Assembly (NCBI GenBank): GCA_965231145.1
Contig: OZ246420.1
Location: 810,001 to 842,000 of the forward strand
Source of the DNA: Candidatus Saccharimonadota bacterium
Lineage (GTDB): Bacteria > Patescibacteriota > Gracilibacteria > Absconditabacterales > Absconditicoccaceae
DNA length: 32,000 nt
Direction: 5' to 3'
How positions within the stretch are numbered: position 1 is the first letter of the stretch; each line of letters starts with the position of its first letter. The notes beneath the pieces were generated by a model, which was not told where the DNA came from, made no database searches, and worked only from the letters and a program-made list of their open reading frames with translations. This document shows positions 19,235-30,988 of the stretch, piece by piece. The position numbers were made by a program, and so were the translations under genes.

Positions 19235-20424
19235 ACACTTTTACGAGGAGCGGTAGTCTTTTTTGCAGCGTTCTTCTTTGGAACTGTAGTCTTTTTTACC
19301 ACAGAGGCTTCTATTGGCTTTGAGCTTGAAGAAGCCGCTACTCTCTTTTTTACTACTGTAGAGCGTTTTTGAGGGGGGATGGCTATATTCTCATCATGCT
19401 GTGTTGTTTGCGTCTTACGTCTTCTTTTACGCTTCACGATAACAATGAGAAAGATGATCATCAGGATCAAGAGCGCTCATGCAGCAACAATATATTGCCA
19501 TGGAACAAGAAAGAATTGATCACGATAGACAATCTGCTTCCATTCCTGACCTTCAACATTAGTAAGAGAATGAGGCTGATGTAATACAAGTACTTCTGCT
19601 TTTACAAAAAGATGATATCGGGGAATGCTATTGATCTCATCTGTAATAGTGCTTGTTTTCGCATAGAGCTGAGCCGGATTACTTTCTTCATCCCACGTAA
19701 CAAGTCCAAAGAAACTAGAAAAATGCATATGTATCTTATAGTCTTCATCATCAAATCCATCATTTTTAATTCAAACGAGCGTCTTTAAGATGCGAGTAGG
19801 TTTATTATAAAATATCTTTACTTTATCATCTCCTCCCACTTCTTTCCCATACAATGCAAACGCTGTTACATCTTTTGCTCCCAATTCACTCAATGGTACT
19901 AAGAAAAAATTACTTTGTACTTCTCCTGGCACGACAATATCAATCAAATTTGCTTTACGAGTTACAATCGCCATAGGCGTATTGGGATCACGCGCTACTC
20001 CATCAACTACAGAATATGTTATGCAACCATGCAGGATACCGGCAAAGCCTGAAAGCTTTGTAAATGAAGCATATTTTGTCACTGTTTCTCCTCACTGCAA
20101 TGTTATGATATTCTCTCCGGACAAACCTACTGACTGTCCAAAAAATCCATTGTTCGATGTCTTACATGCTTGAACAGGTCTATCGCCATGGCTAAACTCC
20201 CCTTCTACAAAAGACAAGACCACAGAACTAGGAGATGTACCTTTATTGGTAATCAGCATACATATAGCATCCGCTTGAAATCATGTATCTATAGTTAACT
20301 CCAGACGGTTCAACCCATTACAGAAATTCAAATCTACTATGCCCACATCCTGTGCAGCCATGCACGCTCCTCCCAGGAGCCCAACTAAAAAAAGAAAAAA
20401 TATTTTTTTGATATTTTTTTTCAT
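19216..20424 (-). CDS. Surface protein with signal peptide, C-terminal TM anchor and Lys-rich tail (CscA/DUF916-like architecture)
   Basis: Three track fragments (19771..20082, 19477..19728, 19216..19470) plus an untracked N-terminus are in one frame across TGA codons; I checked codon by codon and found no TAA or TAG. N-terminus is MKKNIKKIFFLFLVGLLGGACMAAQD. C-terminus is ...WQYIVAAGALLILMIIFLIVIVKRKRRRK followed by a K/T/A-rich tail. The family assignment rests on architecture and gene context only. Confidence 0.75.
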
Positions 20425-20515
20425 ATAAAAAAGCTATACAGTGAGTAAAATACTCTTCCTATATAGCTATGTATATTATAAATACAACTCTAAAGCGAAA
20501 TGTTTGCCACACTTT

Positions 20516-23500
20516 TTAGTTCTCAATCAGTGTATATACCAGTGTTCACTGATACTGACCAATTGGCTGCTCGGCAGGAAGCGCCACTTGCATCCAGATA
20601 TATGCTCCATAAACACCCATCACACTACTATTTGCAGCGGTATCACGAAGAATAAAGTTGGTTGCATGATCAAGAGGTTGATAACTCAGTGCAGCAGTAT
20701 CTATTTCTACTCTTGGATTTGCCGATCATGCGATGGTATCGACCTCGGTAGCACTTGACTTGAAGTAGACATTTGAAGCAGAGATAGTACTCGATCCAGA
20801 AGTGAGATTTCCATCTAACTGTAGTGTCGTTGTATATCACGCATCAGCTCATACTCCGTCTGCAACCTTAAAGTATTTCGTTTCATCATTGCTAAAGTTT
20901 TGTTCAAATGTTTGTACATTGAAGGCAGGCCTCCAGAGCCCAGTGAATAAGAGCGATGCTGGCGCTGCCATCGAAAGAGTAGTTGGAAGGATATCTATAG
21001 TAAATACCCCCGTAAGTGTATGTCCTGCACTATCCATCGTTTGAATACATACTCTTGCTGACGTTTCTATTGCATACTGGAAGTAATAATTTGTCAGTAG
21101 TTCATCGTCAGAAATTGTAAACTTATCATTGTCCAATGTTCACGCACATGTCGTATCAAACGTATACGTAAATGAACTGTCTTCAGCGTCAGTAGTAGTA
21201 AATGTTCCGACTGAGGCTCCTGTTGTAAGCTTTTCATTCATCGTCAAAGGAGTTAACGCAAGATCAGTAGGTGGTGTGTTATTTCCTTGGTATGCAAATG
21301 TCATATATAAGTCATCCTGAGCTGGTATGACAAACTGCCATGTGTCACCAACGAGAGTTCCTGTGTGATTTTGTGTCATAGAAGACATCAGCATATCTCC
21401 CCCCGTGCGTACAGCCATATACAATGTACTTCCTGTCAATGGAGCTATACTTCCTGAATCGATAGTAATAGTAATGAAATCGATATCGTTATTTCTTTCC
21501 TGGAAGTACCATGTACGTTCTATTCTCTTATATCATGTCGTAATATTATCAGTAACCCAGTTACCTGTGGACTCACCATCATTTGCCCATACAAGCAACG
21601 CATTGTTTGCAAAGCTACCACCTGTAAATTCTACAATGATATCGCTTCTACTATTTTCTGATCTTGATTTTTGCTGTAAGAGGGATGAACTATCATGACG
21701 GCCGATACCAGCGATGTCACGATTATATGCTCATCCACTTGCCGCACTCCATGCAATAATATCTCACGTTAATATATAATCTACTGGCGCTACCGTCTGA
21801 TCAATCGTGATACCATATTTCAACGCAAGATATGAGTTCATCATATTCATTTCTGTATCTGAGAGTCTGCGTTCAAACGTGATGATCTCCGCGATATCAC
21901 CACTAAATGCTCCTCTTGCTGTTGTACAGTTCGAATTTCCAATAAGCAACCCTGCTCCTGTCTGACTTCACATATTAAGAGCTCATCTCCAAGCCGTTCC
22001 ACCAGTATTACCAGAACCCTGAAGTCCAAGCGTCTGTCCAAATCCTGTTCCGTAGTTCCACGAAGCAAGTGTTGCTGCATTATTGTTCACTGATACTGTA
22101 GATAACACTCTTTGCCCCGAGAGTAATGTCATCAGACGTCATCCACTCAACATCAGTCACCTATCACACAGTGTCGGATTGACATCAGTTGTATTACCAA
22201 CTACTGTGAGCACTCATGTATTATAACTATTACGGAATACTGTGAACTGTGTTGCATCCTGTCCATTCATCTGTTTTGCCATAAACAAATAATCTCACGA
22301 CAAGAAACGCACAACAGGATTAAAGTTCATTGCACCAGTGATATATATCGGTATAAGCGACTGATTATTTTGTACTCCGCTCACTCCGTTGTACACAGTC
22401 TGACTCAACCATCATGATACTCATGCTCATGCTGCAGAGAGCACAATACCTGTATCTGCTCTCAACCATGTTGAACATCCTCAAAATCATCCACATACTG
22501 AAGGTGCTAAACCTATACGCGCAAAACGCTGTTTACTTACTGACCAAGGCGATGAGATAGATCCAAAACTCGTAAACGCTCCTCCAATATCTACTGATCG
22601 ACCATCAGAAATCATAGCATATACTCCAGATTGAGCATAGACATCGAAGGTCGTGTCTACCTTTCCGCCTGAACTTAAGCGCGCAAAATTCCATCTTGCA
22701 ACGCCTTGTACCGATGTGAACACTCCTCACACAAGTATAGATCCATCTGTTTGATCAATCAATATGGTTTTTACGACACCATTGATATTTGGATCAAATG
22801 TCGTATCTAGCAATCCTGTGGATGAGACACGGGCAATACGGTTTCTCACTGCTCCTCATACTGTCGTAAATGCTCATCCCATAACAATCGATCCATCTGA
22901 CTGCACAGCAATAGCTTCAACACCATTGTTTGCATTTGCTCCAGTAAATGTTGGATCTAGCAATCCTGTGGATGTTACACGCGCGATACTCGTTCTGATT
23001 TGTCAACCTACTGTAGTAAATCTTCCTCCTACTAATATATTTCCATCTGGCTGCAACGCAAGTCCACTCACAGAACCGGTAGAATTGAAAAGTCCGGTAA
23101 AAGCAGTATCTAACTCTCCTGTCGATGTCAGACGAGCAATTCCTCTCAGGGCAACACCATTTACACTTGAGAACGATCATCCTGCAATAATTTTATCTCA
23201 CTGTTCTAAGAGTGCACTCACATTTGCATTCATAAATAAACCAGTAAATTCCGGATCAAGCTGACCAGTTGCCGTGAGACGAGCGATATAATTTCTCGAA
23301 ATTACCGTACCCGACATACGATCAAATTCTCATCACACTATAAATCCTCAGTTGCTCTGTGCTATAACAGCGTTTACCTGTGCATTTGGATATGGATGAA
23401 AATCCTGGTCTACGAGCCCTGTTGCAGTAAGACGAGCAAGGTTGTATCTTACAGAAGCAACTATCTGAACATATGATCCTCCTATAACTATCCCCCCTTT

Positions 23501-26500
23501 CTTATCTAACGCGAGAGCATAGACTGGTCATCAGAAAACATGCGGCACAACTTCATCTACGACACCCAATGGTACAAATGGCTGGATAAAAAACGTATAG
23601 AGTCATGTAAGATATAAACCACCACTATCTGTTGTTCTTAAGCATACATTTGCTATATGATCGCTCATATCTTGGAAATAATAATTGGTGAGAAGCTGCT
23701 CACCTGTTATCGTAAATTTACTATTGTCTAACGATCCTGCACAGGTAGTATCAAAAGAATACGTAAATATACTATCTTCCTCATTTGGATCTTGTGTACT
23801 CAAGAGAGCTGCAACAGATCCGATCGGAAGCTTTTCTTTTATCGCCAATGTAGATGTCTGTAAAGCATATGGTCTATGATTTCCATTGAGATATCCAAAT
23901 GTAATAGTGGTATCATCTTCAGGATTTAGTGCAAATACCCATCTGTTTCCATCCATAAGAACTCCAGTGTAAACCTGAGTACCATCTCATGTAAATGAAT
24001 TATCTCCTGAGCTTACAAACATATATAAAGTACCATCACCGAAGTTCTGAAGTGCTCCTGAATAATAAGAAATTTCTACTGTTCATACATCTCCATTTCT
24101 TTCCTGAAAACGCCATGTACGCGGAGTTCTGAGATAACCATCAATAATAGTTCATGTAACCAAAAACCCCGCAGTAGTTTGACCATCATTAGCCCAAACT
24201 AAAGTTTCATTGTTCGCAAAAGAACCTGTCGATTCAACTATGATATCAAATCTATCATTTGCAGATTGAGATTTCATCTGATACAAAGAGGAAGTGTCAT
24301 GACGCCCGATACCGGCGATATCATGATTGTATGCTCCACCACTTGCCGCACTCCATGCAATAATATCTCATGTTAATATATAATCTACCGGTGCCGCTGT
24401 CTGATCAATCGTGATACCATATTTCAGTGCAAGGTACGAGTTCATCATATTCATCTCAGTGTTCGTGAGGCTACGTTCAAACGTGATGATCTCTGCGATA
24501 TCACCACTAAATGCTCCTCTTGCTGTTGTACAGTTCGAATTTCCAATAAGCAACCCATCACCTGTAAGAGCTCCCATCGTCAATAATGATCTCCAAGCGG
24601 TACCACCAGTATTACCAGAACCCTGAAGCCCAAGCGTTTGTCCAAATCATGTTCCGTAGTTCCATGAAGCAAGCGTCGCTGCATTATTATTCACTGATAC
24701 TGTAGATAACACTCTTTGACCCGAGAGCAATGTCATGAGACGACCACCACTCAGCATCAATCACCTATCACAGAGAGTTGGTGAAGCGTCATTACTGTTA
24801 CTTACGAGAGTCAGCACTCATGTATTATAACTATTACGGAATACGGTAAATTGTGTTGCGTCCTGGCCATTCATCTGTTTTGCCATAAACAGATGTGTAC
24901 CGCTTATAAAACGCACAACAGGATTAAAGTTCATAGCCCCAGTTACATATGTTGGCATAAGCGACTGAGTGTTTTGTACTCCACTTACTCCGTTATACGC
25001 AGCCTGACTTAACCATCATGATACTCATGCTCATACTGCAGAGAGCACAATACCTGTATCTGCTCTCAACCATGTTGAACATCCTCAAAATCATCCACAT
25101 GTGGATGGAGCAATTCCGACACGCGCAAGACGCTGCTTAGGATAAATCCATGCACCATCACCCGCGATGTTAATCTGCGTAAATATTCCACCAATATCTA
25201 TAGACCAGCCATTTGCTACCATGGCCCATATACGATTGTTTACATATACATCGAAAGTTGTATCAAGATTTCCTGAATAGTCTACGTGTGCAAGATTTGC
25301 TCTTGCCGCACCCTTCACACTTGAAAAGAGACCTCACACATAGAGACTTCCATCTGGGGCGCGAACAATAGAGCTTACCGCGGAACCAGCAATATTGAGA
25401 TTTAAACTATCAATAAGTCCCGTAGAAGAAAAACGAGCAACAAAATTTCTTGCAGTAGCGGCAATACTTGTAAAAGCACCACCAAATAAGATAGATCCAT
25501 CTGGCTCAAGCAACACGGTATTCACTATAGCATTGGCTACAACACCAGTACTAAAATCTGGATCGAGAAGTCATGTTGAGGTAACACGCGCAATGTTATT
25601 TCTCGTAACTCCACCCACTGTGGTAAATGTTCCAACAAAAATAATTTTTCCATCTGGCTGGACCACCATGCCACTTACTGTACCTACTACACTTAGATTT
25701 GGGTTGAATCCAGAGTCAACCAAGCCTGTATGACTTACACGCGCCATATGATTTCTTGTCAATCATCCAACCGTCGTAAATGCACCTCCGATAACGATGC
25801 TTCCGTCTGGTTGTTCCGCTATAGCTCCTATAGTTCCATTTGCAACTACATTAAATGAAGGGTCTACCTCACCTGTTACCGTAAGACGGGCTATGTAAGT
25901 TTTTGATGTTCATCCAACAGTAGTAAATGCTCATGCGATGAGTATACCACTATTTGCCTGAACAATAATCGAATTGACTTGTCCATTTGCATTTGGATCA
26001 AAAGTACTATCTATTAGTCCCGTAGAACTCAAGCGAGCAATACGATTTCTTGCTACTCCTCACACATCAGTAAATGTCCCGCCTAAAAGTAATGAACCAT
26101 CGAATTGAGTTGCAAGAGCAAGAACTGCTCATGCCGGCACTGAAGTATATCAGGTGTCGACTATACCTACGGGTATAAATGGATCGATAGCAAAAGTAAA
26201 AAATCCTGTTGCATACAATCCCCCACTATCTGTTGACCTGACACATATATTTGCAAGATGCTGAGTCATATCCTGGAAATAATAGTTTGTATAGATCTGA
26301 GAACCAATAATAGTAAATTTATCATTATCGAGCGTTCATGCGCATCCTCATGTATCAAATGCATAGGTAAATACGGTATCTTCTTGATTCGGATCAAGAC
26401 TCGTCAGATTTGCAACAAATGATCCAAATGGCACTTGTTCCTTTATGATACCACTTGAAACACGAATGTCATAAGGAGGTTGTCCCTCTTTCAGATAACC

Positions 26501-29500
26501 AAAAGTAATGACAGTGTTATCTGTCGGATTAAATGAAAACTTCCACATATCATCATCAAGCGTTCACGTATACACTTCTACGTCTGATCATGTAAGTAAG
26601 CCTCCGCCTGATGCAACAAACATGATAAGCTTCCCTGTTCCAAACGTTGGGATAGCGCCAGAGTAATATGACAATTCTATATTTCCAACATCTCCTTGTT
26701 TTTCCTGAAAATGCCATACACGCGCTATACTTAAGTAGCCCGACACAGCAAGACCCGTCACAAGTGATCATGTTACTCACCCCTGATGAGCCCAAACAAG
26801 TCCCTGATTATTTCAAAATCCTCCCGTCGAATAGATTGAAATTTCTCCAGAGTTATTTGTAGATTTGGAACGATTTTGATAAAGTCCCATAACATCACTA
26901 CGAGCAATACCAGCTATATCAAAACTATAGATACCACCACTCGCGGCGCTCCATAAGGTAATAGTAGTATTTCCTGATCTTACCACATAATCAGTAGGAA
27001 CTGTCTGATCAAGTGCAATACCATATTTTAATCCAAGATAACTTCATACTACTAACTCCTCTCCTGTTGTAAGGGCGCGTGAAAAACTCATAATCTCAGC
27101 TATATCACCACTATATGAAGCTCCGGAAAGACACCCAATAGGAGCTCTTCCTATTTGGAGATTCACTTCTGCGACTTGAGTTGGTCTTTGTGTTGTACCA
27201 AATCCATCTGCTTTTCACTGTACAGAGAGTGTCTGTATTCTTCAACTACCATATTTCCGTCAAAGTATTTTTGGAATAGAATCATTGATAATACCAGTAG
27301 AAAATCTACGTTCTGTTCCTAGATACGTAGTAAATTTACCTCCACTCATCATAAAAGATCTATCGCATGATATCGATGTCAATGGGACTCAAACGGATGT
27401 AACAGTCAATGTTCCACTCGCTGCACGACTACGCATAACGACATATTGAGTCCGGTCCAAGTCAGTAAAATTTATTGGCATAACAAATGCAGATCCTGAA
27501 CCATCAAAACTTATTGATGGATTATAATTCATACCTCCTGTAATAAACTGTGGTTGCCATGATCCTGTTGGCTGTCCCGCTACCCCATCCTGTCATGCTT
27601 GCGTTGTCCACCCTGACACACCATTTCCCCCACCAAACTCAATACCAGCATCTGCTTTTAACCATAATGCACATCATGTTAACCCCAGACAAGTTGATGG
27701 TAAAATTCCAACACGCGCAAAACGAGTTTTAGAAACTCAATCCACAACAGTAAAGGTACCTCAAAGGAAAACTGCGTTTTGTAGAGAATCTACAGTAAGA
27801 GCCGTAATCGTTGCATTAAAAAGAGGCACAAATGTTGTATCAAGAGTCCCATCAGGAAAAAATATAACGACACGTCATACATTTTGACTATTTGCTATAT
27901 TAAATGCTCCTGCAACCATGATTCTTCCATCATTGAGAACCTTAATAGCATTTACCGCTCCATTTACCGTACCAGAGAAAGTTGTATCTAACAAACCCGT
28001 AGATGTAGTACGAGCAAGAAAACTTCTCGCTCCTCATACCACATTGGTCAAGTTTCCTCCTATAATAATTTTTCCATCTGACTGTACGTCTATAGCAAGT
28101 ACTCCACTCGAATTCCCTGTAAAACTTCTATCAATATAACCGGTTGCATCAACACGAACTATACCTGTCATAGGAACTCATGATACGGTTGTGAATATTC
28201 CTCCAATCAATGTTTTCCCATCCGATTGTATTTTAATAGCATTTACCGAGTTATTCAAATTTCATGTAAAAGTGGAATCCAGAAATCCAGAAGAAGTAAT
28301 ACGTCATACACGATTTCTAGTCTGACCATTTATCGTCGTAAATGTCCCACCTATGATCATATTTCCATCCGACTGGATATCGATTGCATTGATGATATTA
28401 TTTGTGTTTCCCGTAAATTGTCAGCCCGTTAAAAGAAGTCACGTTGCTGTTACTTTTGCAATACGAAGTATAGCCATATTTGCACCTCCTGTAGTGAATG
28501 ACCCTGCAATAACGAGACCATCATCACTAGTACGAACCATAGCATTGACACTATTGTTCATATTTGGATCAAAGATCGTATCTACGCTACCGGTAGCTGT
28601 AATACGTGCTATACGATTTCTTGCTAGTCCACTTGCTGAAGTAAAGGTACCCCCAACAATTATTCCACCATCCGGCTCAACAACCATAGTAGATATGGTA
28701 TTGTTAAATGCCGGATTGAAAGCAATGCTGATCGTACCAACGGTAAATTCTGATGCACCACACGTATAAAATACCGCCTGATGATCTTTCACCACGACAA
28801 TTACATCTCATGAAAAGTCTGCATTACCATTTTCATCACAGCTTGTTTCTGCACTAGCAGAAAGTCACGACATATTAAATCATGTATCTCCATGATGTTT
28901 CACCTGTAATTGTACTACTTCGCCATCTGCAAGTTCAGGCAGAGAGATTGTCATCTGTACGGGCTTTGTAAAAACGAGATGCTGATCTGCAAATCAAAAC
29001 GTATATACTTTTTCTATCTTTTCTGATTCATCCAATCCTTCTACATCCTTCACTGGATGTTCCTGGATAAGTATTTCTTCACTTTCAAGTGGTGCCTGAC
29101 CCTCCATAGGATCAATCTCAGGAACAATGGTTTCTGCTACTATACTCTCTGTTGAATTCTCAAGAGAGCTGATAAGTGAGCTCTCAGGGATAAACTGCTC
29201 GGTACTAATTTCTGTGTTTTGCTCACCAGAAACTGTCTCATTTGCTGTCACCACTTCCTCAACAACAGGAGCTTCTCCTATTACTTTTTCTTCTTCTGTT
29301 ACAGGAGCAAATATTTTTGTATCTTCAGGAATAACTATCGTCACTCCTGCATCCTCACCTGTCACTATCGTTCTTTCTGCAAATTGAATCTCTCTTATTT
29401 TCAAGTCAGTATCTTTCTTAAATTTCGCGCTTACGGCTGTTTCATCGATCATCAGCTCACCCTCCTGTAACCAGATCATATCTTTTGGCAAAAATGGTTC

Positions 29501-29968
29501 TGTTACAATTTTTTCTATATCTTCAATAACGGGAAGGATATGTGGGACTCCGCTTGCAATTATATTTTGCTCAGCAATAGTCTCTTCCTGTACAATCACG
29601 CTCTGTTCTCCTGCAATCTCATCTTGGTCGTTTCCAGAACTAATAATTTCTCCTGAAAACACATTATCTCATCATCCTATCTCATCAGCACTTGTTTCTA
29701 CTATTTCTACTCACTCTTCTATCATAACGTCTTCTCCTTCTCACTCACTCTGTTCATCTACTTGTACAGAGTCTATTTCACCCTCACTCACCACTGGCGT
29801 TACCGTTTCTTCCTGCACCACGGGTGCAACCTCTTCGTCGGCAGATGCAATCCGGTGTGTCTGACCAAATGAAAACACAAAAAGACAAATCCAGATGGCT
29901 GGCTTTCTCAAGTATGCAAATGGCTTTGGTGCTTTCTTTTGGATCGCAATATTCTTCACAACGAACAT
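20516..29968 (-). CDS. Giant (3,150 aa) modular cell-surface protein: signal/TM, acidic region, 3x[beta-propeller delta-60/DUF5122-type repeats, LamG, cadherin-like], C-terminal WxL-like domain
   Basis: All 13 minus-strand track fragments from 20849 to 29968 share one frame. I read every in-frame triplet in all gaps between them and found only TGA, with no TAA or TAG, until TAA at 20516-20518. ATG at 29968 gives MFVVKNIAIQKKAPKPFAYLRKPAIWICLFVFSFG (signal/anchor). Repeats such as GGAFTTVGGVTRNNIARVTSTGLLDPDF fit the propeller type. The LamG hallmark is AFSGDIAEIITFERRLSDTEMNMMNSYLALKYGITIDQ. The cadherin-like motif is FTY.FDTTCAG.LDN.KFTI.G..LLTNYYFQ. The tail ends ...GQYQGTLVYTLIEN*. Confidence 0.88.
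20850..28800 (-). repeat. Three tandem intragenic modules of about 2.6 kb inside the giant gene
   Basis: Landmarks recur at offsets of about 2598-2604 nt. The FTY.FDT motif starts at about 21160, 23761 and 26359. The LamG ends are at 21764 and 24368. The PS.C..F/L..C..WL.AD.G junctions are at 22487, 25091 and about 27690. The two C-terminal copies are near-identical at the DNA level in the LamG block. For example, 22441-22496 equals 25045-25100 over 56 nt, and 21764-21950 versus 24368-24555 differ only at scattered positions. Confidence 0.85.
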
Positions 29969-30034
29969 GTTTCAGTAGCCGAATCAGAGGTAAATTGGAT
30001 ATATCTTAGTATATCTCCTGTCCTCTTTACTGAC

Positions 30035-30058
30035 AAAAAAAGGCTCCCCTCTGGGAGC
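30035..30058 (-). terminator. Rho-independent terminator between the Nudix/NrtR gene and the giant gene
   Basis: On the minus strand: GCTCCC-AGAG-GGGAGC followed by T7. Confidence 0.8.
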
Positions 30059-30145
30059 AATCGGCCGCAAAAAATATCGTTTTTTTGCTATTAATGATAT
30101 AATGTTTGACTTTATGCTCTTTTTGTATGATATATTAGCGATGAT

Positions 30146-30814
30146 TTATAATATTTGCTGCACTTCAAGCTCTTTATTGATGAACTCATAAAGCGAAGCG
30201 GGTCTATGGGTAACCCCCACCTCTGTTTTGTCTGTTTGTCTGATCAAATGTAGACTTTGTATTTTCTTTCTAAAATTCCTCACATCTAGGCTTTGTCCAA
30301 GGATGACCTCATAGACATTTTGCAGTTGCTTCAGTGAAAAATACTTTGGCAGAAAGTACTGTGCAGCATTTGTAGATTCAAGTTTTGATCTAAGTCTTTG
30401 ATAAGCATATCTGATGATTTCCAGATGATCAAATGCAAGAGACGGAAGCTCTTTGATGGAAAAATACTGCGACTTTGTAGCATCGCTTCCTGCTGTCGTT
30501 TTACTATGTATCTCATGACAGATAGCCATGTATGCTGTTGTGATCACTCTACCTCTGGGATCTCTATGAGGATTTGAAAATGTATAAAGTTGTTCCAGAT
30601 AGACGTTTGTTACTCATGCTTCTTCACGAAGTCTTCTTCTCGCTGCTTTTTCCAGCGACTCATCTTCGAGCACAAACCCTCATGGCAGAGCCCGATAGCC
30701 TTTATATGGAGCTCCTCCTCTTTCGATAAGAAGCAGCTGCAGCGTATTATCTGTAATCGTAAAGATCACATTATCCGTTGCCACTAAGATAGACTGGATA
30801 ATTTTGTCTCCCAT
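30146..30814 (-). CDS. nrtR: Nudix hydrolase fused to an NrtR-type winged-helix domain (NrtR-like regulator)
   Basis: Track fragment 30146..30547 extends upstream through three TGA codons to ATG at 30814. The Nudix box is LPG(TGA)GFVLEDESLEKAARRRLREEAG(TGA)V. The C-terminal YFLPKYFSLKQLQNVYEVILGQSLDVRNFRKKIQSLHLIRQT...THRPASLYEF is the NrtR wHTH signature. Stop is TAA. Confidence 0.8.
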
Positions 30815-30988
30815 GAGGTATAATATACGATTTAAAAAGACCTTGATATTGTTTTGTTTACAATATCTAATCTCATATAAGATACAAGACTTATCTCATA
30901 CTTATTGTATATATCACATTAAGAGCTTGAAAGCTTATTTTATCCGCATAGAGATAGGCATGCTTTTATCTTGATTACCACTTATACG

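Noticed and set aside
21847-22080. Minus-strand ORFs in other frames inside the giant gene (21847..22080, 22917..23180, 26556..26795)
   Set aside because: They are out of frame relative to the continuous 9.45-kb ORF and lack motifs. They are overlap artefacts.
22764-23264. Long plus-strand ORFs antisense to the giant gene (22764..23264, 25395..25733, 28353..28769, 27918..28139 and others)
   Set aside because: They lie opposite the repetitive propeller-coding sequence. Their translations are low-complexity mirror images (P/V/S/T-rich) and contain no recognisable motifs. The minus-strand frame is continuous for 9.4 kb with clear domain motifs.
20850-28800. The periodic repeats could be a CRISPR array or a mobile element
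   Set aside because: The period is about 2.6 kb, not tens of nt. The repeats are in-frame protein modules within one ORF, and no short direct repeat/spacer structure or transposase is present.
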